Origin: a virus
Reading direction: 5' to 3' (one strand)
DNA length: 64,000 bases
IMG/VR virus record: IMGVR_UViG_3300044811_000020
Span: 2,457 to 66,456 of that record
This document shows, piece by piece, positions 26,822-37,700 of this stretch. The first letter of the stretch is position 1. Each line of letters begins with the position of its first letter. The notes beneath the pieces are model-generated. The model made no database searches, had not been told where the DNA came from, and was given only the letters and a program-made list of their open reading frames with translations. The translations under genes and the position numbers were made by a program.

Positions 26822-27241
26822 ATGACTACCGGTGTTCTGGGAACCAATGCGCGGCAAGATCCGCGTCAAGTCGCCAACACGCTGAAAAAGACGGTCAATT
26901 TCAATGACCCGGGCGTTGGAACGGGTATTCCGTTCGACAATCCGCTGCCGCAGAATGCGTTCATCCTGCGGGTGCTGGTCGAGATCGTGGCGGTATTCAA
27001 CGCGGTGACGACCAACGTCCTGACGGTCGGCACGGTCGGCGCGACGTACAATAACATCGTGGCCGCGGCGGACGTGAACGAGGCAGTTGCGGGTGTCTAT
27101 GACGTGACGCGCGCGCTCGGGCGGGCTCTGACGGCAGCGGGCGATGTTCTGCCCTATGCCATGTATACCCAATCCGGCACGGCGGCCACGACCGGCCAGG
27201 CGATCATCGTGATCGAGTTCGAAGGCGGCTGGACGACCTAA
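26822..27241 (+). CDS. Capsid-associated/decoration protein (no signal peptide, no Cys)
   Basis: Directly after the capsid gene; beta-rich. Confidence 0.65.
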   Translation: MTTGVLGTNARQDPRQVANTLKKTVNFNDPGVGTGIPFDNPLPQNAFILRVLVEIVAVFNAVTTNVLTVGTVGATYNNIVAAADVNEAVAGVYDVTRALGRALTAAGDVLPYAMYTQSGTAATTGQAIIVIEFEGGWTT

Positions 27242-27293
27242 CGGCCGTCCACCTCAATTCGTCGCTGTCGCTTTTAGATAAGGGAACTCGGAT

Positions 27294-27674
27294 ATGAAGA
27301 ACTTCTGGACGAAACTGGCATCGGCGGCTCTGGCGCTTGTCGCGTCGGCGGGGCTGTCGTTCGCGGTCTATCAGTCGTCAGTTGACGGCATCGGCCTTGG
27401 CTCCACTACGGCACCGGTGCTTACCGGCTGCGGCACTGGCTCCCCGACCATTGTCGGCAATGACATGGCCGGCACGGTCACCACCGGTACCACAGCTACC
27501 GGCTGCGTTGTCACGTTCAACTCGGCCAAGAGCGCGGTCCCTGCGTGCGTCGTGACGCATCAGGTGGCACCGGCTACGTCGACCCCGGCCTATACCGTCA
27601 CGGCGACCGCGATCACCGTCGTGCAGGCTTCGCAGACCGGCAACAAGTTCAATTACGTCTGCATGGGTCTCTGA
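27294..27674 (+). CDS. Decoration-type protein with Sec signal peptide
   Basis: MKNFWTKLASAALALVASAGLSFA| ; T/G-rich, 4 Cys. Confidence 0.7.
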   Translation: MKNFWTKLASAALALVASAGLSFAVYQSSVDGIGLGSTTAPVLTGCGTGSPTIVGNDMAGTVTTGTTATGCVVTFNSAKSAVPACVVTHQVAPATSTPAYTVTATAITVVQASQTGNKFNYVCMGL

Positions 27675-27733
27675 CATCTGGCGGGGCCCTTTGGGGCCCT
27701 TCCGCTCGTTTCAATCCACAACGGGGTTTTGCC

Positions 27734-28228
27734 ATGCTGAAGCGCTTGCTTCTCTCAATCATCACGTTGGCGGCCATCTTTGGCGTCGCGCAGGCGGTGA
27801 ATATCTCCGGCACGGACTCCAGCGGGGAATTTTCCGTCATCAAGGTCGGCTATATCCGGCAGTCGGTTACGGATACGATCACCGCCTTTGCGGGCGGCGG
27901 GCAGACCAGCGCGACGTTGCTGGATTCCGGCTATAATCGGGTCACGGTCGTGGCTAGCGCGAATGATAGCGTCAAGCTCCCGTCATGCCATTCGGGTCCC
28001 AGCAACACCGGTCCGATGCCGTCCGGCGTGATTTCGGGGAACACCACGGGGCTCATGCTCTGGGTGACGAACGCGGACTCCGCCGATTCGATGAACGTAT
28101 TCCCGCAGACCGGTGAATTCATCAACGCCTTGACCGTGAACTCGGCCTATGCGGTGGCGGCGAACAAGACGGTTGGCTTCCTTTGCAGCCCGGGCGGCTC
28201 TATCTGGTATTCCGTCCTCGGCGGCTAG
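27734..28228 (+). CDS. Decoration-type protein with Sec signal peptide
   Basis: MLKRLLLSIITLAAIFGVAQA| ; ITAFAGGGQTSATLL...DSVKLP; 2 Cys. Confidence 0.7.
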   Translation: MLKRLLLSIITLAAIFGVAQAVNISGTDSSGEFSVIKVGYIRQSVTDTITAFAGGGQTSATLLDSGYNRVTVVASANDSVKLPSCHSGPSNTGPMPSGVISGNTTGLMLWVTNADSADSMNVFPQTGEFINALTVNSAYAVAANKTVGFLCSPGGSIWYSVLGG

Positions 28229-28242
28229 ACTGGTGGTGAATA

Positions 28243-28929
28243 ATGGCCACCGGGAATTCCCGCGATGCGATGGTGATAGCGATCACCTATGAGCTCGGCG
28301 CGCGGTCAGATTTGGCCGCGAACGGGACCATCCTCCGCTATATTAACAACGCGATCGAGATTTACCAGAAAGAGCGGTTCCGGTTCAACGAACTGACGCC
28401 GCGGACGCCGTTCACCCTGAATACTCAACAGGGGAAATTCTATTACGACGGCACGGATGATCCGAATATCCCGCTGCTGTTCGATATCGATTATATCAAT
28501 TATATCCTCGGAACTACGGTCGAGAAGATGCTGCGGGAGACGCCTGAAAACGTCTATCTCGCGCTCCAGACCGGGCAGGAGGCGGGCCCGCCGCAGACTT
28601 GGGCGTGGGACGGCCAATCGATCATCATCTATCCGAACCCGCCGGCGCAGGTTTATCAACTGACGATCGGCGGCTATTTGCAGTTCGCCGGGCCGGGCCC
28701 TGCGGACGGTGCTATTACGACCAATGTCTGGATGAATGAGGCAGAAATGCTGATTCGTTCTCGTGCCAAGTTCGAGATTGCGGCGCAGGTAACGCGCGAC
28801 GAGAAGATGATGGCGCGGATGAGCCCGGTTCCCGGTAGTAATGGGGCGGCGGATATGGCCTATCGGATGCTGAAATCGGAGGCTTCGAAAATCCGCGGGA
28901 CAAGCCGGGTCCGCGCAATGCAGTTTTAG
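28243..28929 (+). CDS. Head-tail adaptor (tail tubular A-like)
   Basis: Position and size; RYINNAI...GPPQTW...IIIYPNP...NVWMNEAEMLIRSRAK. Confidence 0.7.
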   Translation: MATGNSRDAMVIAITYELGARSDLAANGTILRYINNAIEIYQKERFRFNELTPRTPFTLNTQQGKFYYDGTDDPNIPLLFDIDYINYILGTTVEKMLRETPENVYLALQTGQEAGPPQTWAWDGQSIIIYPNPPAQVYQLTIGGYLQFAGPGPADGAITTNVWMNEAEMLIRSRAKFEIAAQVTRDEKMMARMSPVPGSNGAADMAYRMLKSEASKIRGTSRVRAMQF

Positions 28930-28932
28930 ACC

Positions 28933-30639
28933 ATGCCGGTCGCAGAATTCCCCGCATTCCGCCCCGATCTGACCGAGCTAGGCACTGGCAGTTCCACGCT
29001 GATCAGCGGCGTTATTCCGCGCGGCGACGGCTATGGTCCGTTCAAGGATTTCGTGGGGTTTACGCAGGCGCTGCCGGCCGCCTGCCGCGGCTTCTTCTTC
29101 GCGCGGCGCTCGGACGGATCGATCGCGGTGTTCGCCGGGACGGTCGATCGGCTTTATCTGCTCGATAATACGACGTTCCTTTGGGTCGACGTGAGCAAGG
29201 GCGGGGTGGCCTATGGTGGCCTCGTCACCAACAAGAATTGGCGGTTTGCGCAGTTCAACGAATTCGTGCTCGCGGCGCAGATTAATACGGTTCCGCAAAA
29301 GTATGTCCTCACGGCTGGTCCGACGTTTGTGGATCTCGGCGGATCGCCTCCGCAGGCGGGGCAGATTGCGATCGTCAACCGGATTGTGGTGCTGACGGAA
29401 CTCCTGTCGAACCCGCGCCGCGCGCAGTGGTCGGACCTGGACGCGCCGGAGACATGGACGGCCGGCGTCGGTCTGGCGGATTTTCAGGACTTCCCGGACG
29501 GTGGCGTGTGCCATGCGCTCTCGGGCGGCGACGCCTATGGAGTGGTGTTTCAGGACGAGGCTATTCGCAGCCTGACGTATGCGCCGGGTTCTCCGGTGAC
29601 GTTCCAGATCGCGCGTATATCGACGCAGGATACTCTCTTCGCGGAATATTCCGTGGTGAACGCCGGGACGCGGACGTTTTTCCTGTCTGCGCAGGGGTTC
29701 AAGGTTATTGTCGCCGGCGGGGAGCCGGTCGCGATCGGTAAAGAGTACGTCGACCGGTTCTTTTTCGAGGATGTGGACCGGAATAACCTGCAACTTGTCA
29801 TTGGCGTCGCCGATCCGCAGGCCACGCGCGTCGGCTGGGCGTATAAATCGCAGGCGGGCAACGCGGGTCTGTTCGATAAAATACTCTGGTTCGATTGGTC
29901 GATAAAGGAACGGCCATGGTCGATTACTCCGATGTCGGGGCAGTTCCTCGGATATCTGGCGCGCCCGGGGCTGACGCTCGAGGCGCTGGACTTTATCGCG
30001 CCTGGCGGGCTGACGGTGCTCGGTGCCGCGGCTGGTACGGCGGGGCGCGTGCGGCTGACGCTGGATGCGATCACGAATGCCTTTTTCTCGATTTCCGGGC
30101 AGAATTTCATCAATGTGCAGGGAATAAACCCGGCCTATATGAACGGGCAGTGGGTTCCCATCATCATCGACGCCACGCATATCGAGTTGACCGGGTCGAC
30201 CTTCGGTGCCGCGTGGGTGAGCGGCGGACGGATCGGCGGTTCGCTGGATGATCTTCCGTTCTCGCTGGACAGCATCTCGACGTCGGCGGTCGCGGCGCTC
30301 GCGGCCTTTGGCCCCACGAATATCCTCGGGTTTTTCACCGGACCGAATATCGAGGCCATCCTTGAGACGGCGGAGCAGGATGCGGATGGGCCGCTGGTGT
30401 TTATTGCCGGATTGGCACCGATGACGGATTCTCAGGATGCGATGTGCTCGGTCGGCTATCGGATGCGGCCGATGGACGTGGTTTCCTATACGGCGGAAAC
30501 GCTCGTGAACACGGAAGGCGATTGTCCGGCTCAGATTGAGGCGAGGTTCTGTAAGGCGAGATTACGTATTCCTGCTGGTTCCACTTGGAGGTATGCTAGG
30601 GCAATTCGCCCTAACGTTCAGCAGGCAGGAGATATGTAA
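28933..30639 (+). CDS. Tail nozzle/stabilisation protein (tubular B, P22 gp10-like)
   Basis: 568 aa, beta-propeller-like; follows the adaptor. Confidence 0.7.
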   Translation: MPVAEFPAFRPDLTELGTGSSTLISGVIPRGDGYGPFKDFVGFTQALPAACRGFFFARRSDGSIAVFAGTVDRLYLLDNTTFLWVDVSKGGVAYGGLVTNKNWRFAQFNEFVLAAQINTVPQKYVLTAGPTFVDLGGSPPQAGQIAIVNRIVVLTELLSNPRRAQWSDLDAPETWTAGVGLADFQDFPDGGVCHALSGGDAYGVVFQDEAIRSLTYAPGSPVTFQIARISTQDTLFAEYSVVNAGTRTFFLSAQGFKVIVAGGEPVAIGKEYVDRFFFEDVDRNNLQLVIGVADPQATRVGWAYKSQAGNAGLFDKILWFDWSIKERPWSITPMSGQFLGYLARPGLTLEALDFIAPGGLTVLGAAAGTAGRVRLTLDAITNAFFSISGQNFINVQGINPAYMNGQWVPIIIDATHIELTGSTFGAAWVSGGRIGGSLDDLPFSLDSISTSAVAALAAFGPTNILGFFTGPNIEAILETAEQDADGPLVFIAGLAPMTDSQDAMCSVGYRMRPMDVVSYTAETLVNTEGDCPAQIEARFCKARLRIPAGSTWRYARAIRPNVQQAGDM

Positions 30640-31193
30640 TGCCGTGGAAATTCGAGGATTGCGTTTTCTCGCCGAAATCGTGCGCCCATTGCGGGCAGTC
30701 TTTTGTCCCAACCAGCGGTTCAGCCAAATTCTGCTCGGCTAAATGTCATTTACTGTTGGGTGCGGTACGGCAAGATGACGGATGTCTGATTGGGCGATTC
30801 CATTTGGATCGGTATGGTTATGGCCAACTAACTTTAGCTGGGTCGGGGCGAGTAAATACGACGTCTCACAAAGTTTCCTACCGCGAAAATATTGGGCCGA
30901 TTCCTCCCGGGATGTGTGTCTGTCACACCTGCGACAATCGCGCATGCATTGAACCTAGCCATTTTTTCCTCGGAACGCATGGAGATAACGCCGCCGATAG
31001 CGCTCGGAAAGGGCGGCGGGCTCGGGGCGAGGGCCATCCGAGTAATGTCCTGTCGGAAGAAAAGGTGCATGCGATCCTTGGGGATTCGCGTGCTCGCAGG
31101 TTTGTTGCGGTCGATTACGGCGTTTCGCGTGCGACAGTCGACGATATCCGAACCGGTAAGAGTTGGGGTTGGTTGACGGGAAGAGGCTTATAA
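30639..31193 (+). CDS. HNH homing endonuclease
   Basis: YGYGQL...VCHTCDNRACIEPSHFFLGTHGDNAAD. Confidence 0.88.
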   Translation: MPWKFEDCVFSPKSCAHCGQSFVPTSGSAKFCSAKCHLLLGAVRQDDGCLIGRFHLDRYGYGQLTLAGSGRVNTTSHKVSYRENIGPIPPGMCVCHTCDNRACIEPSHFFLGTHGDNAADSARKGRRARGEGHPSNVLSEEKVHAILGDSRARRFVAVDYGVSRATVDDIRTGKSWGWLTGRGL

Positions 31194-31526
31194 ATGGCCC
31201 TCCAAATCCCCTTTGATCTCGGGTTCAATATCGCCGGCTGGCGGCGGATGGTCGATTCGGTCATTCAATTGAATAACGGGCGCCATTATGCGGGCGGCGT
31301 GGTGCAGTTGGCGGCGGGCCCAGCTACGTCCACGGTCGTCAGTCATCCGAACTGCTCGAAAGACTGCTTCCCGCTCCTGACGCCCGCGAACGCTGGTGCG
31401 GCGACGGAATATGGTGCTGGTACGTGCTATGTCGACGAGACGCAGGTGGATCAGGGTTCTTTCGTCATTGTGCATTCTGCGAGCGCGACGGTCCGGCGCT
31501 TCTTCTACACCGTGACAGGTGGTTGA
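31194..31526 (+). CDS. Putative small tail protein
   Basis: Position in the tail module. Confidence 0.55.
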   Translation: MALQIPFDLGFNIAGWRRMVDSVIQLNNGRHYAGGVVQLAAGPATSTVVSHPNCSKDCFPLLTPANAGAATEYGAGTCYVDETQVDQGSFVIVHSASATVRRFFYTVTGG

Positions 31527-31939
31527 TGGCCGTCATTGTGGAAGCGGTCGAGCCGGGCACTGCGGTTGGAATTTGGCCAAGAGTGCGCGATATGATCGAC
31601 GCCGGGCTATCGGCCTGCGACGAGGTAATGCCGGAGGATATTCTGGACCGAATCGGCAGTGGTCGGATGCTGCTTTGGGTCGCGATCGAGGAAGCGAATG
31701 GCATCATCATCGCAGCCATGACCACGCAACTCGTCAAGCAGCGGTCGGGGCTGGTGTGCTGGATGTGCCAATGCGGCGGCGATCGGATGCGCGATTGGTC
31801 TCGTTTCCACGTCAAGATCGAGGAATATGCGCGCGTTGAGGGCTGTGTTAAGGTCGTTTTGGAAGGCCGCGAAGCCTGGCGGAAGGTGTTGGAGGGCTAC
31901 AGCGTTCGCAGCGTCCGACTTGAGAAGGCTTTGACATGA
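31526..31939 (+). CDS. GNAT-fold virion assembly protein
   Basis: IEEYARVEGCVKVVLEGREAWRKVL; precedes the ejection genes. Confidence 0.6.
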   Translation: MAVIVEAVEPGTAVGIWPRVRDMIDAGLSACDEVMPEDILDRIGSGRMLLWVAIEEANGIIIAAMTTQLVKQRSGLVCWMCQCGGDRMRDWSRFHVKIEEYARVEGCVKVVLEGREAWRKVLEGYSVRSVRLEKALT

Positions 31940-33057
31940 GCAGCAGCAGCAAAGAGACGCAACAGACGCAGCAAAGCCAGAGCCAGCCGTGGGCACCCGC
32001 GCTGCCGCTGGTGAACCAATTGCTCGGCCAGTATGGCGGAATGAGTACGGGCGTCACTGGCGATCAATCGGATGCGCTGGCGGGGCTGAAATCGTCGCTA
32101 TCGAATCTGCCGAACTTTGGAGCGAGCGGCGCGGACGCGATATCCAAACTGTTCTCGTCAGATAGTTCGCCGCAGGTGGGCATGCTGCAGGGCGCCTATG
32201 GTGATCTCAAGTCGAACCTGGGCGCGACGGCGAGCGGTGCAAACCTCAATCCGTATGATACGCCCGGCTTCTCGGATGCACTCAAGACGGCGACGGATGA
32301 CGCGCTGAACCGGGTCAAGGGCGTCTATGCCGGCTCGGGCCGCGATCCGTCGGGGGCGGGCTCGTTTGCTGGCTCGGCCGCGCGCGGCATTACGCAGGGC
32401 ACGGCACCGACGATCGCCAACCAGTACAACCAGAATTACTCGAATATGGCGGGCGCTAACAACGCGCTGTTTTCGGGTGCCGGATCGACGGCTTCGGGTA
32501 TCACAAACCTGCGGCAGTCGGACTTTACGAACATGCTGGCAGGCTTGCAGGGCGCGAGCTCGCTGCCGGGGCTCTATGCCGCGCCGGCGGCGGCACAACT
32601 CGGTGCGGCCAATGCTGCCTATTCGCAGCCCTACCAGAACTTGGCGCAACTTCTCCAGCCGTCGGTTTCGTTGGCTGGCCTCGGCACAACGTCGAGCGGC
32701 AGTGGCCAGTCCACGCAAACGTCGACTCCATCGTGGTTGGATTCGATCAACTCGGGCTTTGGCCTCGCCGGCAAGGGCATGGGCGCTCTGAGTTCGCTGA
32801 TGGCGTTCTCGGATGCCAATCTGAAAGAGGATGCTGCCCCGGTCGGCAAGTTGAACGATGGACAGACCGTTTGGAAATATCGCTACAAAGGCGATCCGGT
32901 GCCGCGGCTTGGTCTCATGGCGCAGGAAGTGCTCGAACATGAGCCGGAGGCGGTCGGCAAGCATTCGTCCGGCTTCCTCATGGTGGATTACGACCGCGCC
33001 ACGAAGCGCGCGCGCGGCATGGGCGGACCGGTCGGTGCGCTGCGGGAGGCGGCTTAA
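31936..33057 (+). CDS. Internal-virion-type protein with C-terminal peptidase S74 chaperone domain
   Basis: G/S/A-rich body; FSDANLKED...WKYRYK...GLMAQEV...VDY. Confidence 0.75.
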   Translation: MSSSSKETQQTQQSQSQPWAPALPLVNQLLGQYGGMSTGVTGDQSDALAGLKSSLSNLPNFGASGADAISKLFSSDSSPQVGMLQGAYGDLKSNLGATASGANLNPYDTPGFSDALKTATDDALNRVKGVYAGSGRDPSGAGSFAGSAARGITQGTAPTIANQYNQNYSNMAGANNALFSGAGSTASGITNLRQSDFTNMLAGLQGASSLPGLYAAPAAAQLGAANAAYSQPYQNLAQLLQPSVSLAGLGTTSSGSGQSTQTSTPSWLDSINSGFGLAGKGMGALSSLMAFSDANLKEDAAPVGKLNDGQTVWKYRYKGDPVPRLGLMAQEVLEHEPEAVGKHSSGFLMVDYDRATKRARGMGGPVGALREAA

Positions 33058-34728
33058 ATGGCATGGCTCGACGACCTTCTGGCCCAACTCCAGGGCGGCG
33101 CGCAGCCTCCGATGTTCGCGCCTCCCTCCTCTGCGTCGCCGTTCCCCGATGTGAAGGGGCCGCCGACGGGCGAAGAAATATGGGCGCAGATCGAGGCGCA
33201 GAACGCGCGGGATAACGCTGGGGCTGATCGGCGCAACGTTGCCGGCATGACGCGCGCGCCGATCGGCGGCGGTCCGCAGTTCGGTGACAATCCGATGTCG
33301 GCGCTCGCGGCCGCGGTCCCGACGACGCTCCAGCAGCCGCAGCCGGGCGCTGATGGGTCTCCGTTCGGCATGGTGCCGCCGTCGTTCGCTCTGGCCAAGA
33401 GCATGACGGCCAATGCCCCACAATCTGAGCCCGAACCGCTGCCGCCTGGCGCTATCCCCACGCCGCGACCGCGGCCTGTGTCGACCGATGTGAGCGCGGC
33501 GGCGCGCGGCGGAGAGGCTGGCTCCGCGCCGGCTCCGTCCGGTCCGCCGGTGGCCCCGCCGCCCGCTCCGATGAGCATTGCCGCGCCTCCTCCGGCCGAA
33601 CCGTCGTTCATGAGCCGGTTGAGCGATGGAGCGAAGGGTATGGCGCCAGCGCTTCTGGCCGCTGGCGCGGCCTTGCAGGGCGATAACAGCATTCCGGCGG
33701 CGATGATGGCCAAGCGCGAGGCGCAGGCTTTGCAGGCGCAGCAGGGCAACGCCACGGCGCGTCTATTGCAGTCCAAGGGGGCGTCGGCTCCGGAAATACA
33801 GGCGGCCATCGCTGGCGGTCCGGAAACGCTGAAGGCCTTGCTCGGCCAGTATATGGGCAAGGATAAGTTTTCCGTCGTCCAGACCAAGGAGGTCGAGGAT
33901 CAGTATGGCGGCAAGCGGAAGGTGTTCCAGATATTCAATGCGAACGATGGAACTTTCAAAGATGTGCCGGGGAATACTGCGGCTGAGGCGAAGATGGCCG
34001 CAGGCGAGGGCGGCGGGATTGATCTGACGCCGGACCAGAAAAACCGGGTGCAGGCGATTATCGAGGGCCGCGAGCCCTACCCGGCGATGTCGCGCGCGAC
34101 GGATGCGGCGAAGATCCGCGCCGCGGTTCACGAGGCCGATCCGGCGTTCGATGCCGTGAATTACAAGGCGCGGTCGGAAACCCGCACGAAATTCACCAAG
34201 GGCAAGGGTGCGGATAACCTGACGGCGTTCAATACGGCGATCGGTCATCTCGGATCGCTGGATAAGTCGATCGACAATCTGAACAACAGCGGATTCCCGG
34301 CTTGGAATAAATATATCGCCAACCCGGTCGCGGAGCAGTTTGACCCCAAATATCAGAAGGGCCTCAAGGAATTCCAGACCGCGCGGACTGCCGTGGCTGA
34401 CGAGCTCACGCGGGCGTTCCGCGGCTCGGGTGGCAATGTGCATGATATCATCCAGTGGGAAAATGCGATCAACGCGGCTGATTCGCCGGTGGCGCTCAAG
34501 GCGGCGGTGCGCGCGGCGGCAGAATTGCTCAATAGCCGTATTGTCTCGATCGGCGACGAATATAACCGCGGCATGGGCACCACGAAGGATCCACTGGAAT
34601 TGCTCAATCCGAAAGCAGCGCAGGCGTTCCAGCGCATGATCGAGGGCAGCAAGCCATCGTCGGCACCGGCCGCGCCGGTCAAGCCGGGGAACTATGTCTG
34701 GAAGAACGGGGCTTTGGTGCCTGAATGA
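33058..34728 (+). CDS. DNA ejection/internal virion protein
   Basis: Pro-rich N-terminus, helical body; position. Confidence 0.65.
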   Translation: MAWLDDLLAQLQGGAQPPMFAPPSSASPFPDVKGPPTGEEIWAQIEAQNARDNAGADRRNVAGMTRAPIGGGPQFGDNPMSALAAAVPTTLQQPQPGADGSPFGMVPPSFALAKSMTANAPQSEPEPLPPGAIPTPRPRPVSTDVSAAARGGEAGSAPAPSGPPVAPPPAPMSIAAPPPAEPSFMSRLSDGAKGMAPALLAAGAALQGDNSIPAAMMAKREAQALQAQQGNATARLLQSKGASAPEIQAAIAGGPETLKALLGQYMGKDKFSVVQTKEVEDQYGGKRKVFQIFNANDGTFKDVPGNTAAEAKMAAGEGGGIDLTPDQKNRVQAIIEGREPYPAMSRATDAAKIRAAVHEADPAFDAVNYKARSETRTKFTKGKGADNLTAFNTAIGHLGSLDKSIDNLNNSGFPAWNKYIANPVAEQFDPKYQKGLKEFQTARTAVADELTRAFRGSGGNVHDIIQWENAINAADSPVALKAAVRAAAELLNSRIVSIGDEYNRGMGTTKDPLELLNPKAAQAFQRMIEGSKPSSAPAAPVKPGNYVWKNGALVPE

Positions 34729-37700
34729 CCATTTCCGTAAAGGGCCCGGACGGTTCTAGTTTTGCCTTTCCCGACGGCACGGATTCGGCTGTCATTTCGG
34801 AGGCGATGACCAAGCATTACGGGGGCGGGGAGGCTAGGCCCGATCCGGTGACCGTCAATCAGGTGGCGCGCTCGGCTGCCACGGGCGTTCCGATCGTGGG
34901 TGGCGTTCTGAACCAGATGGATGCGGCGACGAATGCCGCGCTGGCACCGGTGCTCAACCCGCTGTTCGAGGAAAAGGACCAACTCAAGGGCAAGACGTTC
35001 GCGGAGCGGCGGAAAGAGGCGCTGGCAATCCAAGAGGGCATGGATAAGCGTTTCGAGGAGCAGCACCCGATAGTCGATACCGCGGCCAAGATCACGGGCG
35101 GGGTTGCTGGCACCATCCCGGCCATGATGGCCGCGCCGGCGGCGTTCGGCCTGACAGGACCACTGCCCCAGATGGTCATGCGCGGCGCGGCGTCGAATGC
35201 GGCGCTCGCAGCTGCTGATGCCGCGGTGCGCGGCGAGAATATCGTGGCCCCGGCTGCGATCGCTGGCGCGGCGGGTGCTGCGGCTCCACTGGTCGCGCGC
35301 GGGGTGGGTAAAGTGGTGCAGGGAGTGCGGGATTGGCGCAATCCTCCGCCTGTTGTTGCACAAAACGTTGAAAAAGTTGCAGGCGTCGATGTGCCGCTGA
35401 CCACCGGGCAGGCGATGGCTGATCCGACCGCGCAGGCGGAGGAGGAAATCATGCGCCGCGGCGCGCGCGGCTCGTCGGCGGAGGCTATCGCCCGGCAAGC
35501 GGATGAGGAGGCCAAGAAGGCGCTTGAGGAGGCGACGTCTGGCATCGCGGCCTCGTTGGACCCATCTGGCGCGTCGCCGCGCACGGCACCGCAGGCGGCT
35601 GGGCAACTCGTACAATCCGAACTAGCGGCGCAGGAGGCGGCTCGAGCGGCCGCTGAGGCGTCTGCGGTCTCCCGGGTCGGGGCAGAGGGGGAAACCCTGG
35701 CTCGCGGCCTTGGTGGGGGCGCGGCTCCGGTCTCTCCGTTTGATGCGGCGGAGAAAACCGGGGCCGCCGTCGCCGCGCGGCGCGCTGCGTCGGTAGAGCG
35801 GACTAAACAGGCATATAAGGCGCGCGATGAGGTTCCGGGCGAATTTGATCCGTCGGTACCGCGCGGCTTGGCGGAAGATATCCGGGCGCGGCTGAATACC
35901 GGGCCGGCGGAGGAGCGGATACACGTCGATCCGGTGAATGAGGGCGTCGCAAACAGGGCTCTGAAGATCATTGATCAGACGGTGGGGCGGGATAGCGGGC
36001 TGTTCGCCGATGCCGCGATCAAAAAGCTTGAGCAGCCCGGACCGGCGCGTGCCGCGGTCGGATTGCCGGAGAAGGCAACGGAGGATGAAACCGTTGCTGC
36101 ACTGCGGGCGAAGTTCGGCGATAGTGTTGCGGATGCCTATGCCAAGCAGAATGCGCCTCCTCCTCTGAGCCTGATCGAGTTCATCGCTTCCAAGGGCGGC
36201 CTAAGCCCCCATGGCGAACTCGATGCGATCGGCCTCAACCAGAGTCATCGCGCGCAGATCCCGGGCCAGAAGGGATTTTTCGGCGTCGTTCGGAAGAATG
36301 GTTCGGATATCGATCGCATGCGCGAGGCGGCGGAGGAGGCCGGCTATCTGCACGGTTCGCACGATGGGACGTCGACGCCAGCCCAATTTCTGGATGCGAT
36401 CGACGCGGAGTTGCGCGGTCAGAAGAAATATCCGGCCGGGTTTGAGGGTTTTAAGGGCAAGCGGGAGACCGCGGCCACTGGCACACGCGAGAGTGCCGCG
36501 AATGAGCAGATCAACCGCGGCTTTGAGGATGATTTGGCGGCTGCTGGCCATGGTGGGCTTGGTCCGGACGTCAAAGCGCGTGCGACGGCGATCATGCGCG
36601 AGGAGGGCATGGCGGCGGATGATGCGGTCGAGACGGCGTTCCGGCAGTTGGAGCAGGAAGATGCGGCGGGCGGGGCGCGCGCGGCCGCCTCTGACTTCCC
36701 GGGCGATCGGGCGGCGACGGTTCCTGCCGCGGCAGAGGCAAAGCCGGTTGATCTACGGACGATGGATGACGCGCGCAAGCAGCTGGTGACGCTCTATAAG
36801 GATGCCAAGCGCAAGGCAGTGATGCAGGGCGACTCCTCCGATTTGCGGGCGATGGGGCGCATTCTGCACGAATTCGACAACTCTATTTCCGATGCGATGG
36901 CAGCGGGTAGGTTTTCCGGCGATGCCAAATTGGCGAAGGAACTCCAAGAGGCGGCGCGAAAGTCGCATGCGGAATATAAGGAGACGTATTCGGCCAAGCC
37001 TGGCGATGAAATCGGCCGCGCGATCGAGAAGATACTGGGCCGATATTCCGATACTGCAGCGACGCCAGAGCAGATTCAGGCGCTGTCGTATGGTCCTAAG
37101 GGCAATCCCGGCACTGGCAATTCGGTCAAGGTCGCGCTGCGGCTCAAGAAAATACTTAGCCCGGAGGAATTTGCGCAATGGAAGTCGGGGCTGTTCAAAT
37201 ATGTGGATGATCCGGAACTATCCATGGCGAAGCGCGCGGGGCGCATCGACAATTTCCTGCAGACGAGCCTTGCCAAGGGTGCAATGACGGCTGAGGAGCG
37301 CACGTCAATGTCGGCTTATTCCCGGAACCTACGGGCGGCCGAACCGTCGGGGCGGCCCTCGAACGATCTGGAAAAGGCTGTGGCGCGGATCGCGGGCACG
37401 GACGGCCATCTGCCGGCCTCGCCTATTGAGGTGGCGGACATGCTCTATTCCCGCACCGGCAAGGGCGACAAGGGCGTGTCGCAGCGCCTGGCTGCCCATC
37501 TCAAGCAGAACCTGACGCCGGAGAGTTGGACCGCGGTTCGGCAGGGCATGTGGGAAAAGCTCGTCAACGCCGGCGAGGGCAAGATTCCGTTCGAGGCGCA
37601 GGCGCTATCGCAGCGGCTCCATGAATTCCTCAACGAGAGCGGCAAGGGGCTGTCGACCATCCTGTTCACCGCGCAGGAGCGGGCTGAAATAGCCAAGCTC

